Source: an uncultured Bacteroidales bacterium (GTDB lineage: Bacteria > Bacteroidota > Bacteroidia > Bacteroidales > UBA932). From it: 64,000 nucleotides of DNA. The notes beneath the pieces were generated by a model. It ran no database searches and was not told the DNA's origin. It worked only from the letters and a program-made list of their open reading frames with translations. The position numbers and the translations under genes are program-made. Position 1 is the stretch's first letter. Each line of letters begins with the position of its first letter. This document shows positions 47,419-56,660 of this stretch, piece after piece. The stretch lies in the NCBI GenBank assembly GCA_946406355.1, contig CAMJKI010000001.1, positions 3,359 through 67,358 of the forward strand, given 5' to 3'.

Positions 47419-47492
47419 TTGAAAGAGGAAAGGTATTTTCAGGAGGCAAAAAAGATTGCCGATGCCCCCTGAAAATACCTTTCCTCTTTCAA
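47419..47492. repeat. Long perfect inverted repeat (25-bp stem) between the transporter and porin genes
   Basis: TTGAAAGAGGAAAGGTATTTTCAGG (47419-47443) / CCTGAAAATACCTTTCCTCTTTCAA (47468-47492). Confidence 0.9.
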
Positions 47493-47504
47493 AAACAGAT
47501 TTAT

Positions 47505-48791
47505 ATGAAAAAAACTATCATTGCAATGGCACTGCTGCTGACCGGCACCATTGCCTTTGCCCAGGAAGAGACCCCTTCCAAATTCAAGCTTTACGGTTTT
47601 ATCCGCAACTATCTTACGGCCGATTCCCGCGCCGTGAATGGCGGAACCGAGGACCTGTATTTCTACATGCCCAAGGGCCGGGATTTCAAGAATTCCGCCA
47701 ATGGCAGCTTTGATGCCAATGACGGTTTCAACTGGCGTTTCGTATCCCTTACCACCCGTCTGGGCCTGGATGTTTCCGGCTACAAATGGGGAACTATGGG
47801 TATTTCCGGTAAAGTGGAGGCCGACTTCTACTACCTCAGCGGTTCCGTACCCACCCTGCGCCTGCGTCAGGCTTTCATGAAACTGAACTGGGACAACTCC
47901 CCGGTGGCCCTCACCATCGGCCAGAGCTGGCATCCCATGGCAGCCGATATGCCTCACATGAACAACCTGGAAACCGGTGCGCCCTTCAACCCCTTCAACC
48001 GCAGCCCGCAGCTGACGGCCGATATCCGGCTGGGTGAGAAATTCACCCTTACCGCCAGCCTTCTGTACCTGAACCACTACCTGCCCACCGGTCCAGGCAA
48101 CGTAAAGAGCAAGGACTACTACAAGTACGGCCTTCCGGAGGCCTATCTGGGTATTACCTACAAGACTGCCAGCTTCACCGGGAAAGTGGGTGTGGACATG
48201 GTTAATATGCGTCCTTACCGCACCGTACAGGCCTACTGGATAAACACCCCCGATGCCCAGGCCCAGGTAAAGAGTCTTCTCACCACTTTCTCACCCTTCG
48301 TATTCCTGCAGTACACCAAGGGGATGTTCCAGCTCCGCGCCAAGAGCATCCTGGCCCAGGCCGGTGAGCACCTGAACCTGCTTTCCGGATACGGCGTGGC
48401 CGCCTTCGACACCTCTTCGGCATCCATCACCTATACCCCCATGCAGGACTGGGCTTCCTTCGTGAGCTTCCAGTACGGCAAGAAGTTCCAGGTAATGGCT
48501 ATGCTGGGCTATATGAAGCAGCTGGGCACTACCAAGGATCTCATTGCAAGCGGCTGGCCTTATGGCGACAGTCTCTGGATTAACACCGCCGCCGACACCC
48601 ACATTCAGCAGGCCTTCCGCGCCACGCCCACCGTGGCCTGGAACCTGGGCAAGTTCACCCTTTCGCTGGAATACAACCTTACGGCGGCCGAATTTGGCAG
48701 CGGAGACCGCAACGCCCGCGGCATGTTCACCGGCACCAAGGACTGGGTTGTGAACCACCGCTTCATCTGCATGACCAAGTTTAATTTCTAG
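47505..48791 (+). CDS. Outer-membrane beta-barrel porin (DcaP-like)
   Basis: Signal peptide; FKLYGFIR, TTRLGL, EADF, LRLRQAF, GQSWHP, PFNRSPQ; C-terminal F. Confidence 0.72.
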   Translation: MKKTIIAMALLLTGTIAFAQEETPSKFKLYGFIRNYLTADSRAVNGGTEDLYFYMPKGRDFKNSANGSFDANDGFNWRFVSLTTRLGLDVSGYKWGTMGISGKVEADFYYLSGSVPTLRLRQAFMKLNWDNSPVALTIGQSWHPMAADMPHMNNLETGAPFNPFNRSPQLTADIRLGEKFTLTASLLYLNHYLPTGPGNVKSKDYYKYGLPEAYLGITYKTASFTGKVGVDMVNMRPYRTVQAYWINTPDAQAQVKSLLTTFSPFVFLQYTKGMFQLRAKSILAQAGEHLNLLSGYGVAAFDTSSASITYTPMQDWASFVSFQYGKKFQVMAMLGYMKQLGTTKDLIASGWPYGDSLWINTAADTHIQQAFRATPTVAWNLGKFTLSLEYNLTAAEFGSGDRNARGMFTGTKDWVVNHRFICMTKFNF

Positions 48792-48802
48792 GATTTAAAA
48801 AT

Positions 48803-48839
48803 AAAAAAACTGCGGCCGTTTTTACGGTCGCAGTTTTTT
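48803..48839. terminator. Bidirectional intrinsic terminator
   Basis: AAAAAACTGCGGCCGT...ACGGTCGCAGTTTTTT. Confidence 0.85.
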
Positions 48840-48853
48840 ATATGGTCAAAGCA

Positions 48854-50197
48854 TTAGATCGTGCCCTGCTCCAGCATGGCCTGGGCAACCTTCATGAAGC
48901 CGGCGATGTTGGCGCCCTTCACATAGTCGATGCTGCCGTCCGGCTGGGTGCCGTACTTCACGCACTGCTCGTGGATGCTCTTCATGATGAAGTGAAGCTT
49001 GTCGTCCACTTCCTGGCCGCTCCAGCTGATATGCTCGGCATTCTGGGTCATTTCCAGGCCGGAAGTTGCAACACCACCCGCATTCACGGCCTTGCCGGGA
49101 GCGAAGAGGATGCCGTTGTGCTGGAAGAAATGGATGGCGCCGGGCTGGCAACCCATGTTGGAGACCTCGCAGCAGCAGATGCAGCCGTTGGCCTTGAGTT
49201 CCTTGGCGTCATCTTCCGAAAGCTCGTTCTGGAAGGCGCAAGGCAGGGCGATATCCACGGGAACGCTCCAACTCTTCTTGCCGGGAGTGAACCGGGCCTT
49301 GTCCGGGTACTTGGTGGCCATATCCTCCACCTTGTCGCGGTTGGAGGCACGCATCACCAGCATGTAGTCGATCATCTCCTTGGTAATACCGTCCGGAATG
49401 TGGCACACGCCGTCGGGACCGGAGATGGCCACCACCTTGGCGCCCAGCTCGGTGGCCTTGATGCAGGCGCCCCAAGCCACGTTACCAAAGCCGGAAACGG
49501 CAATCTTCTTGCCCTTGATGTCGATACCGGCCTTCTCCAGCAGATGATGGGTGAAATAGAGGGCGCCGAAGCCGGTGGCCTCCGGACGGAGGATGGAACC
49601 GCCCCAGGTGCCGCCCTTGCCGGTGAGCACACCGGTGTTGTACTGGCGGGCCAGTTTCTTGTACATACCATAGAGGTAGCCGATCTCACGGCCGCCTACG
49701 CCCACATCACCGGCAGGAATATCCTGATCCGGGCCGATGCAGTTCCAGAGCTCCAGCATAAAGGCCTGGCAGAAACGCATAATTTCGTCGTTAGACTTGC
49801 CCTTGGGATCGAAGTCCGAACCGCCTTTGGCGCCACCCATCGGAAGGGTGGTAAGGGCGTTCTTGAAGGTCTGTTCAAAGCCCAGGAATTTGAGCATGGA
49901 CGGGGTCACGGCCCTGTGGAAACGCAGGCCACCCTTGTAGGGGCCGATGGCGCTGTTGAACTGGATACGGTAACCGGTATTGGTCTGAACCTCTCCCTTA
50001 TCGTCTATCCACGTTACGCGGAAGGTGAAGATACGGTCCGGCTCCACAATCCGTTCCACAATCTTGGCTTCCTCAAATTCCGGATGCTGGTTATACACAT
50101 CTTCAATGGATTCGAGCACTTCCTGAACAGCCTGCAGGTACTCTTTCTCCAGCGGATACTTAGCCTGAAGGCGGGCCATGATGTCGGTAGTTTTCAT
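48854..50197 (-). CDS. gdhA: Glutamate dehydrogenase (GdhA family)
   Basis: GPYKGGLRF, PMGGAKGGSDF, PAGDVGVG, RPEATGFG, GFGNV, APGKAVNAGGV. Confidence 0.96.
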   Translation of the reverse strand: MKTTDIMARLQAKYPLEKEYLQAVQEVLESIEDVYNQHPEFEEAKIVERIVEPDRIFTFRVTWIDDKGEVQTNTGYRIQFNSAIGPYKGGLRFHRAVTPSMLKFLGFEQTFKNALTTLPMGGAKGGSDFDPKGKSNDEIMRFCQAFMLELWNCIGPDQDIPAGDVGVGGREIGYLYGMYKKLARQYNTGVLTGKGGTWGGSILRPEATGFGALYFTHHLLEKAGIDIKGKKIAVSGFGNVAWGACIKATELGAKVVAISGPDGVCHIPDGITKEMIDYMLVMRASNRDKVEDMATKYPDKARFTPGKKSWSVPVDIALPCAFQNELSEDDAKELKANGCICCCEVSNMGCQPGAIHFFQHNGILFAPGKAVNAGGVATSGLEMTQNAEHISWSGQEVDDKLHFIMKSIHEQCVKYGTQPDGSIDYVKGANIAGFMKVAQAMLEQGTI

Positions 50198-50287
50198 GTT
50201 AATTTGGTTTGTTTAGTGTTATAATTATAAAATAAAGCAATTCGTTTGAATTAGATTACAAATTTAAAGAATAATAAGAGAAAAACA

Positions 50288-50322
50288 AAGAACCCAATGC
50301 TAAAAAAAAGCATTGGGTTCTT
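50288..50322 (-). terminator. Intrinsic terminator of the bamA-ompH unit
   Basis: AAGAACCCAATGCT / AGCATTGGGTTCTT with a T-rich tail on the minus strand. Confidence 0.7.
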
Positions 50323-50325
50323 AAT

Positions 50326-50435
50326 TCTCGGAGCAAAGCGACCCCGCCTGCAGGCGGGCGGCCGGGCCGGGTTTTTGCGCGAGCAAAAACGGGAAGGCGA
50401 AAAGGCCGCGGGGTGCTCGAGGGGCTGCCCCTCGT
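50326..50435. repeat. Cluster of short GC-rich palindromes (REP-like)
   Basis: CCCGCCTGCAGGCGGG; GTTTTTGC-GCGA-GCAAAAAC; CGAGGGGC-T-GCCCCTCG. Confidence 0.6.
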
Positions 50436-50441
50436 TAGTTT

Positions 50442-51014
50442 TTAGTTCTGAGCAGCAGCGGATTGAGCCTGCAGTTCCGCCTGGAGGCTCTCCAGCGTGC
50501 GGTCGGCCGGGATGTTCAGGGCCTTGCGGGCATCGGGGGTAAGGTCCACGATGGCGCTCTCGTCAAAATACAGGAACGAGGAGACATCGAACACGGCAGC
50601 GTAGCCCTTGGCCTTGGCCAGGTCGGATACGGCCTTCTGGGCCTTCTCCTGGATGGGAGCCATCAGCTGGTTCTGCTGCTGCTGGAGCTCTTGGGAAATG
50701 GTCTGCTGGAATTCCTGGAGACGGTTCTGGATGTCCATGAGCTCGCGCTCCTTGCTTTCACGGATGGCAGCGGTCCAGGTGGACTGTTTCTGCTGATACT
50801 GGTTGGCCTTGGTCTGGTACTCTTCTACCATGGCACCGTAGGTTTCCTCGGCCTCTTTCTGGGAAGCGTTGATAACTTCGCGGGCCTGGTCCATTTCGGG
50901 CATAAGCATTACAAGCTCGTTGAAGTTGACGCGACCAAACTGCTGGGCCGATGCGGACAAGGTTGCAAGTGCCGCAAGGGCAATCACGAAAATCTTTTTC
51001 ATATTGTTATTCAT
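50442..51014 (-). CDS. skp: OmpH/Skp family periplasmic chaperone
   Basis: Signal peptide, FG.VNF.EL...MPE, coiled coil, A..KGY..VFD; downstream of bamA. Confidence 0.88.
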   Translation of the reverse strand: MNNNMKKIFVIALAALATLSASAQQFGRVNFNELVMLMPEMDQAREVINASQKEAEETYGAMVEEYQTKANQYQQKQSTWTAAIRESKERELMDIQNRLQEFQQTISQELQQQQNQLMAPIQEKAQKAVSDLAKAKGYAAVFDVSSFLYFDESAIVDLTPDARKALNIPADRTLESLQAELQAQSAAAQN

Positions 51015-51057
51015 TAAATTAAATTTCGGGTTTCCGTATATGTTACAAATAAAATGC

Positions 51058-53643
51058 CTAGAACTGCTGACCCATCACAAAATGGAACTGACTGCCTCCG
51101 TTGGTGGCATCGTCGAAGCCATAACCCCAGTCAACACCCAGCAGGCCGATCATCGGCAGGAACACGCGTACACCCACACCGGCGCTGCGCTTGATCTGGA
51201 AAGGATTGAACTCCCGGATATCGCTCCAGCAGTTACCGCCCTCCAGGAAGGCCAGCACGAAGATGGTGGACTGCGGCTGCAGGATTACCGGATAACGGAG
51301 CTCCAGCGTGAACTTGTCGTAAACATTACCGGCATAGCTGATACCTTCTTGGCTGTAAGGAGTTAGCTTGCGCGGAGTGAGGGAATAATCCTCGTAACCG
51401 CGCAGGGAAATGATTTCGGCACCATAAGTCATGTAACCCGACATGCCGTCACCACCAACCTGGAAGTTCTCGAACGGGGAATAGCCCCAGTTCCGGTTGT
51501 AGTAACCCAAGTAGCCGAACTGGGCACGGGTCATGAGCACCAGGTCTCCCACCAGTTTGGAATAAACAGCGCCGCTGAACTTCCACTTGTGATACTCAAT
51601 CCATTTGTAGCGCTGGGCCGCCGTCCAGTTGTCGTAGTTCACATCCTTCCAGCTGTTTACATTAATCTTATTGCCGTTCTCGTCGTAGGAATACTTGCGA
51701 AGCAGGGAATAAGGCGGGGTAAACTGCAGGGAGGCCGAGAATTCGGAACCGGAACGGGGATAGATCTGCTGGTCGGAGGAGTTGCGCGACAGCTGGATGG
51801 TATAGCTAAGGTTATGGGAAATACCGTCGTTGAAGGCAAAGTAGTTGTTGGTCCAGTTGGTAAGCTTGTAGGTTTGCCAGCTAAGGTTGTTGTACAGCAC
51901 AAAATAGTTGTCCGGCCACTTGAGGCGTGTACCCAGACCGGCGTTGAAACCGAACACCTCGAACACCTTGTCATTGGACAGGATGCCGATAGCCAGGTAC
52001 GAGTTGGTCATTCTGGAATAGTAGCCCGAAATGCTGAGGGAAGTGGGCTTCTTGCCAAAGAGCCAGGGCTCCATAAAACTGGCGCTCAGGTTGGTATAGT
52101 ACTGTCCGTTGGTCTGGAAGCGGAAAGAGAGGGTTTGCGCATCACCCAGCGGAACCGGCCTCCAGGCATTCTTTTCGAACATCCGGTAGGTGGAGAAGTT
52201 GTTGAAACTTACGCCGGCCGTGAGCACAAAGGTATTGCCGCCCCAACCACCGGAGAGCTCCAGTGTGGAAGAGGGCTTTTCGGTAACATTATAAACAATG
52301 TCAACCGTATTGTTCAGCTGGTTGGGAAGGACGGAGAAACCGCCGTTGGGATTCATGATGGCTTCGGAGTCGAACTGACCCATGGAAGCGATTTCACGGA
52401 TGGAACGTTCAAAGTCCGTCTGGCGGTACAGGTAGCCCGGACGCGTCATCACCTGCCGGCGGATTACCCGTTCGTTGGTGAGGTCGTTGCCGTTGATGAT
52501 AATCTCGTTCAGGCGGGCGGGCTTGCCTTCCGAAACGCGGATTTCCACATCTACCGAGTCGTTCTGGATGTTCACTTCCACCGGATTTACGGTAATGAAC
52601 AGGTAACCGTTGTCCCGGTACAGTTTGGTAATGTCGTAGTCGCTTTCCTTGCCGCCGCCATGCAGGCGTTTGTCCAGCGTAACCATATCGTAGATATCGC
52701 CCTTCTTGATCTGGATAACCTCGTTGAGGGACTCGGAAGAATAGATGGAATTACCCGTCCAGGTAATGTTGCGGAAATAGTAGCGCTTGCCCTGGTCGAA
52801 CACCATGTCTATGTTCAGGTGCTTGTCATCTACATAATAGATGGAGTCCCTGACCAGGCGGGCATCGCGGTAGCCGGCCTCGTTGAAGGCGTCCAGCACC
52901 GTTTTGCGGTCTGTCTTGTAATCCTTCTCCTTGAACTTCTTGGACTTGAAGAAATTGTACCACCGGTTGGAGTGGGTTTCCTTCATGTTCTTGGCCAGTT
53001 TGAAGTCCTTCACATCCTCGTTGTTGCCAATGTAGTTGATGTTCTTGATACGGACCTTGTTCCCCTTGTTAATGCCAAAGTTCACCCGGATGGCGCTGCG
53101 GATCATGGTATCCCGCTGCACATCCACATCCACATCCACCTTAAGATAGCCTTTCTCCTTGAAGTAGCGCTTGATGATATCTACGGAGGCGTTCTTTACA
53201 TAATCGGAATACTCCCGGCCCGCACGCAGGTTCAGGCGTTCCTGCAAATCTTTTCTTTCATTGCTTTTAACGCCCGTGAAAGTCCAGCGGGAAACACGGG
53301 GACGCTCCTGGACACATATTTTGAACCAGGCGGTGTCCCGGGTAGGGCAAAGGGAATCCACCACCACGGAAACATCTTCGAAATAGCGCTGGGCGACCAG
53401 GCGGGTTACAACGTTGGTAATATCCTCGCCGGGAACCGTTACCTCCATACCAGGCTGCATGCCGGTTTGGGCAAGGATTTGCCGGGCATTGAAATACTGG
53501 TTCCCCTCTACATCCACTCCGCCGATAATATATTTTTGGGGGTTGTTGTAGTCTATTTCGATGGAACTGCGGGACTGTTGCGCCCGGAGGGAGAATCCCG
53601 CCAGGAGCAGCAACGCCGCGCAGATGAGCCGTTTAAATGTCAT
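51058..53643 (-). CDS. bamA: Outer membrane protein assembly factor BamA
   Basis: POTRA repeats, LELSGGWGG, LRGY, KRSAGVGVRVFLPMIGLLGVDWGYGFD, terminal GQQF. Confidence 0.96.
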   Translation of the reverse strand: MTFKRLICAALLLLAGFSLRAQQSRSSIEIDYNNPQKYIIGGVDVEGNQYFNARQILAQTGMQPGMEVTVPGEDITNVVTRLVAQRYFEDVSVVVDSLCPTRDTAWFKICVQERPRVSRWTFTGVKSNERKDLQERLNLRAGREYSDYVKNASVDIIKRYFKEKGYLKVDVDVDVQRDTMIRSAIRVNFGINKGNKVRIKNINYIGNNEDVKDFKLAKNMKETHSNRWYNFFKSKKFKEKDYKTDRKTVLDAFNEAGYRDARLVRDSIYYVDDKHLNIDMVFDQGKRYYFRNITWTGNSIYSSESLNEVIQIKKGDIYDMVTLDKRLHGGGKESDYDITKLYRDNGYLFITVNPVEVNIQNDSVDVEIRVSEGKPARLNEIIINGNDLTNERVIRRQVMTRPGYLYRQTDFERSIREIASMGQFDSEAIMNPNGGFSVLPNQLNNTVDIVYNVTEKPSSTLELSGGWGGNTFVLTAGVSFNNFSTYRMFEKNAWRPVPLGDAQTLSFRFQTNGQYYTNLSASFMEPWLFGKKPTSLSISGYYSRMTNSYLAIGILSNDKVFEVFGFNAGLGTRLKWPDNYFVLYNNLSWQTYKLTNWTNNYFAFNDGISHNLSYTIQLSRNSSDQQIYPRSGSEFSASLQFTPPYSLLRKYSYDENGNKINVNSWKDVNYDNWTAAQRYKWIEYHKWKFSGAVYSKLVGDLVLMTRAQFGYLGYYNRNWGYSPFENFQVGGDGMSGYMTYGAEIISLRGYEDYSLTPRKLTPYSQEGISYAGNVYDKFTLELRYPVILQPQSTIFVLAFLEGGNCWSDIREFNPFQIKRSAGVGVRVFLPMIGLLGVDWGYGFDDATNGGSQFHFVMGQQF

Positions 53644-53676
53644 TCCAAAAACTGTTATCTTGCAAAGATACGCATT

Positions 53677-54384
53677 TTATTTCACTTTCCCATATCTGCG
53701 GTCCCGCCGGGCATATTCTTCCAGGGCCTCAAAGAACTGGGGCTTGCGGAAATCCGGCCACAGGATATCTGTAAAATAGAATTCCGTATAGGCCGTTTGC
53801 CAGAGAAGGTAATTGGAGATGCGGAGTTCCCCGGAAGTGCGGATGAGCAAATCCGGATCCGGGATACCGGCGGTAACCAGATACTGGTCGAAATCGGCCA
53901 GCTCCATGGCCTGGAAAGCCTCCGGGGACAGCTGCGCCTGCGCTTTTTTCATAGCCTGGAGGATATCCCATTTCCCGCTGTAGCTCAGGAAGAGAATGAG
54001 CGTGGTTTTGTATTCCACGGAAGTGGCCTCCATCATTTCGTCGATGGTGCGGTTAAGGTTTTCGCTGAGACGGGCACGGTTGCCCAGCACCATGAAGCGT
54101 ACATGATTGTCCATGAAGGTGCGGAATTCGTTCTTCATGGACTGCATCATCAGTTCCATGAGGGCAATCACTTCCTCCTGCGGACGGTTCCAGTTTTCTT
54201 CCGAAAATGCATATACCGAAAGGTACTCGATGCCTTTTTCCACGGCGGCCTCTATGCAGGCGCGCACGCTTTCTACACCTTCTATATGTCCTTTTACGCG
54301 GTCCAGACCACGGGCTTTCGCCCATCGGCCGTTTCCGTCCATGATGATGGAGACGTGCTTGGGTAATCTGTTTGTGTTATCCAT
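53677..54384 (-). CDS. uppS: Undecaprenyl diphosphate synthase
   Basis: HVSIIMDGNGRWA, YAFSEENWNRP, DPDLLIRTSGELRISNYLLWQ, RDRRYG. Confidence 0.96.
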   Translation of the reverse strand: MDNTNRLPKHVSIIMDGNGRWAKARGLDRVKGHIEGVESVRACIEAAVEKGIEYLSVYAFSEENWNRPQEEVIALMELMMQSMKNEFRTFMDNHVRFMVLGNRARLSENLNRTIDEMMEATSVEYKTTLILFLSYSGKWDILQAMKKAQAQLSPEAFQAMELADFDQYLVTAGIPDPDLLIRTSGELRISNYLLWQTAYTEFYFTDILWPDFRKPQFFEALEEYARRDRRYGKVK

Positions 54385-55201
54385 TGTTTCTCATGTCTTC
54401 TCCCCAGAACAGGCGTGAGGTGAGCGCCTTCACGAAACCTGTTTCGGCAAGCCGGATACGTTTAAGCGAAAACTGTGCCATCTCTACGTGGATGGTCCAG
54501 TCGGGATGGATTTCCACCGTATGGTTATCGGTGGACATGATGGCCACCCCGTCACGGGACTCAAAGGAGATGTCCACCTTGGAAGTTTCCGGAATAACGA
54601 TGGGCCGGACGTTCAGGTTGTGCGGAGAGATAGGGGCCACCACCAGCACCTTGGTGTCCGGCATGCAGATAGGGCCTCCCACACTTAAACTGTAGGCGGT
54701 GGAGCCGGACGATGTGGCCACGATGAGGCCGTCGGCCCAATAGGTGGGCAGCGGTTCTCCGTCTATGCTCACATGGATGCCCAGCACCGACGATCCGCTG
54801 CGGTGCAAGGCCACTTCATTCACCGAATAGGGCAGCATGCCGATGTTCCGGCGCGCTTCCGGGCCCTTGAGGGTAGCATTTAGCACCGTACGGTACTCGA
54901 TGCTGAACTCCCCTTCCACCAGGGCCTTCTTCACCGCTTCCGGACGGTTCTCGCACAGGAAGCCGATGCGGCCGAAGTTCACGCCCAGGATGGGAAGGCC
55001 GATGTCGGCCACCACGTGGGCGGTGGAAAGGAAGGTGCCGTCCCCGCCCATGGAAAGGACCAGGTCCGTCTCCGGGCGGACATCGGCCTTGGTGCGGATT
55101 TCGTAGAGTTCGAACGTGGCCGACTCCAAATCCTGGATAAGGCTGGCCATGCGCGGGTCCTCCCTGAGCGTATCATTCAGAATGAAATAAGCTATTTTCA
55201 T
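54377..55201 (-). CDS. nadK: NAD kinase
   Basis: GGDGTFL, GVNFGRIGFL, NE, ADGLIVATSSGSTAYSLSVGGPI. Confidence 0.95.
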   Translation of the reverse strand: MKIAYFILNDTLREDPRMASLIQDLESATFELYEIRTKADVRPETDLVLSMGGDGTFLSTAHVVADIGLPILGVNFGRIGFLCENRPEAVKKALVEGEFSIEYRTVLNATLKGPEARRNIGMLPYSVNEVALHRSGSSVLGIHVSIDGEPLPTYWADGLIVATSSGSTAYSLSVGGPICMPDTKVLVVAPISPHNLNVRPIVIPETSKVDISFESRDGVAIMSTDNHTVEIHPDWTIHVEMAQFSLKRIRLAETGFVKALTSRLFWGEDMRNNG

Positions 55202-55283
55202 TACGGTGATTCAAATTAACCTCCAAAATTAATATATTTCTATAAATTTCACTAATTTTGTGGCAATTCAAGCCAAGAAAAAC

Positions 55284-56006
55284 ATGGCAAGACTCAGTGT
55301 CAACATCAATAAAGTGGCCACCCTGCGCAACGCGCGCGGCGGGAACGTGCCGGACGTAACCCAGGCCGCCCTCAACTGCGAACGCTTCGGCGCAGAAGGC
55401 ATTACCGTGCATCCCCGGCCCGACGAAAGGCACATCCGCTATGCCGACGTGCGGGAAATCCGTCCCCTCCTGAAGACGGAATTCAACATTGAGGGCAACC
55501 CCACCGTGCCCAGCTTTGTGGACCTGGTGCTGGAAGTGGTGCCGGACCAGGTTACCATGGTGCCGGACGGCCACAACGCCATCACCTCCAACGCAGGATG
55601 GGACACCATCGGCAACAGAGAACTGCTCACAGAGCTTTGTAAACGCTTCAAAGACAAGGGCATCCGCACCTCCATCTTCATAGATCCGGATCCGGACATG
55701 GCCGAAGGCGCCGCCCTTTGCGGGGCCGACAGGGTAGAACTTTACACAGCCGATTATGCCGCGGAGTATTCCCTGGACCCGGAAATTGCCATAGCCCGCT
55801 ATCTGGAAACCGCCAAAGCCGCCCGTGCCTGCGGGCTGGGCCTGAACGCCGGGCACGACCTTTCCCTGGAGAACCTGGCCTACTTCATCCGCACCACCCC
55901 CTGGACCGACGAAGTTCCCATCGGCCACGCCATTATCTCGGATGCCCTGTACATGGGCCTGGAACAAACAATTAAGGCCTATCTTGGGGAAATCCGAAAA
56001 AAATAG
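55284..56006 (+). CDS. pdxJ: Pyridoxine 5'-phosphate synthase
   Basis: LSVNINKVATLRNARG, GITVHPRPDERHI, NIEG, NAGHDL, IGHAII. Confidence 0.96.
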   Translation: MARLSVNINKVATLRNARGGNVPDVTQAALNCERFGAEGITVHPRPDERHIRYADVREIRPLLKTEFNIEGNPTVPSFVDLVLEVVPDQVTMVPDGHNAITSNAGWDTIGNRELLTELCKRFKDKGIRTSIFIDPDPDMAEGAALCGADRVELYTADYAAEYSLDPEIAIARYLETAKAARACGLGLNAGHDLSLENLAYFIRTTPWTDEVPIGHAIISDALYMGLEQTIKAYLGEIRKK

Positions 56007-56049
56007 TTAAATTTGCGGACTTTACGGAAAGAAAACAAACAACTATAGA

Positions 56050-56652
56050 ATGAAAAAGAACTTCCTAGTATGCGGCCTCGCCGCACTCATGACCCTGGTT
56101 GCCTGCAACCAGAAAAGCAATGAAGCCCCTGCCTCCCAGAACTCCGGAAAAGACAGCCTCGCCGTTGCCGGCAGCATCGTCTTCTTCGACATCGACCAGG
56201 TGATGCAGGGTTACGACATGGCCAACGACCTCAACTCCGTGTTCGAGACCAAGGCCTCCGGTATCCAGGCCGAGATTGACCGTCGCGGCAAAAAGCTGGA
56301 AAAAGACCTCAACGATTTCCAGAACAAGGTGGACAAGGGCCTCCTCACCAATTCCGTGGCCCAGGTCCAGTACCAGAAGCTTCAGCAGCAACAGCAGGAA
56401 TATCAGCAGTATGTGCTTAACAAGCAGCAGGAAATGAACGAAGAGCAGCAGGTGATGATGAACCAGATCATGGACGCCATCTCCTCCTTCGTAAAGGACT
56501 TCAACGCAGAGCACCAGTACGCCCTCATCCTCACCACCTCCGGCAATATCATTTCGGCCCCGGTGGTTACCGGTGACGAGAGCCTGGACATTACGGACGC
56601 CATCCTTTCCGGTCTTAACGCTGCTTACATCAAGAGCAAGGAGAACAAGTAA
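56050..56652 (+). CDS. OmpH family lipoprotein
   Basis: LVAC lipobox; IVFFDIDQV, Q-rich coiled coil, LDIT..IL.GLN. Confidence 0.8.
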   Translation: MKKNFLVCGLAALMTLVACNQKSNEAPASQNSGKDSLAVAGSIVFFDIDQVMQGYDMANDLNSVFETKASGIQAEIDRRGKKLEKDLNDFQNKVDKGLLTNSVAQVQYQKLQQQQQEYQQYVLNKQQEMNEEQQVMMNQIMDAISSFVKDFNAEHQYALILTTSGNIISAPVVTGDESLDITDAILSGLNAAYIKSKENK

Positions 56653-56660
56653 ACCTTCCC

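Noticed and set aside
51589-54366. 925-aa plus-strand ORF, and similar long antisense ORFs (e.g. 4961-6727, 2534-3895, 48842-50224, 13427-14677)
   Set aside because: They lie exactly antisense to well-conserved genes. This is a typical by-product of GC-rich codon bias, and they show no recognisable motifs.
55905-55930. PdxJ EVPIGH instead of the usual EVSIGH
   Set aside because: A single substitution; it cannot be told apart from a sequencing error or neutral variant without an alignment.
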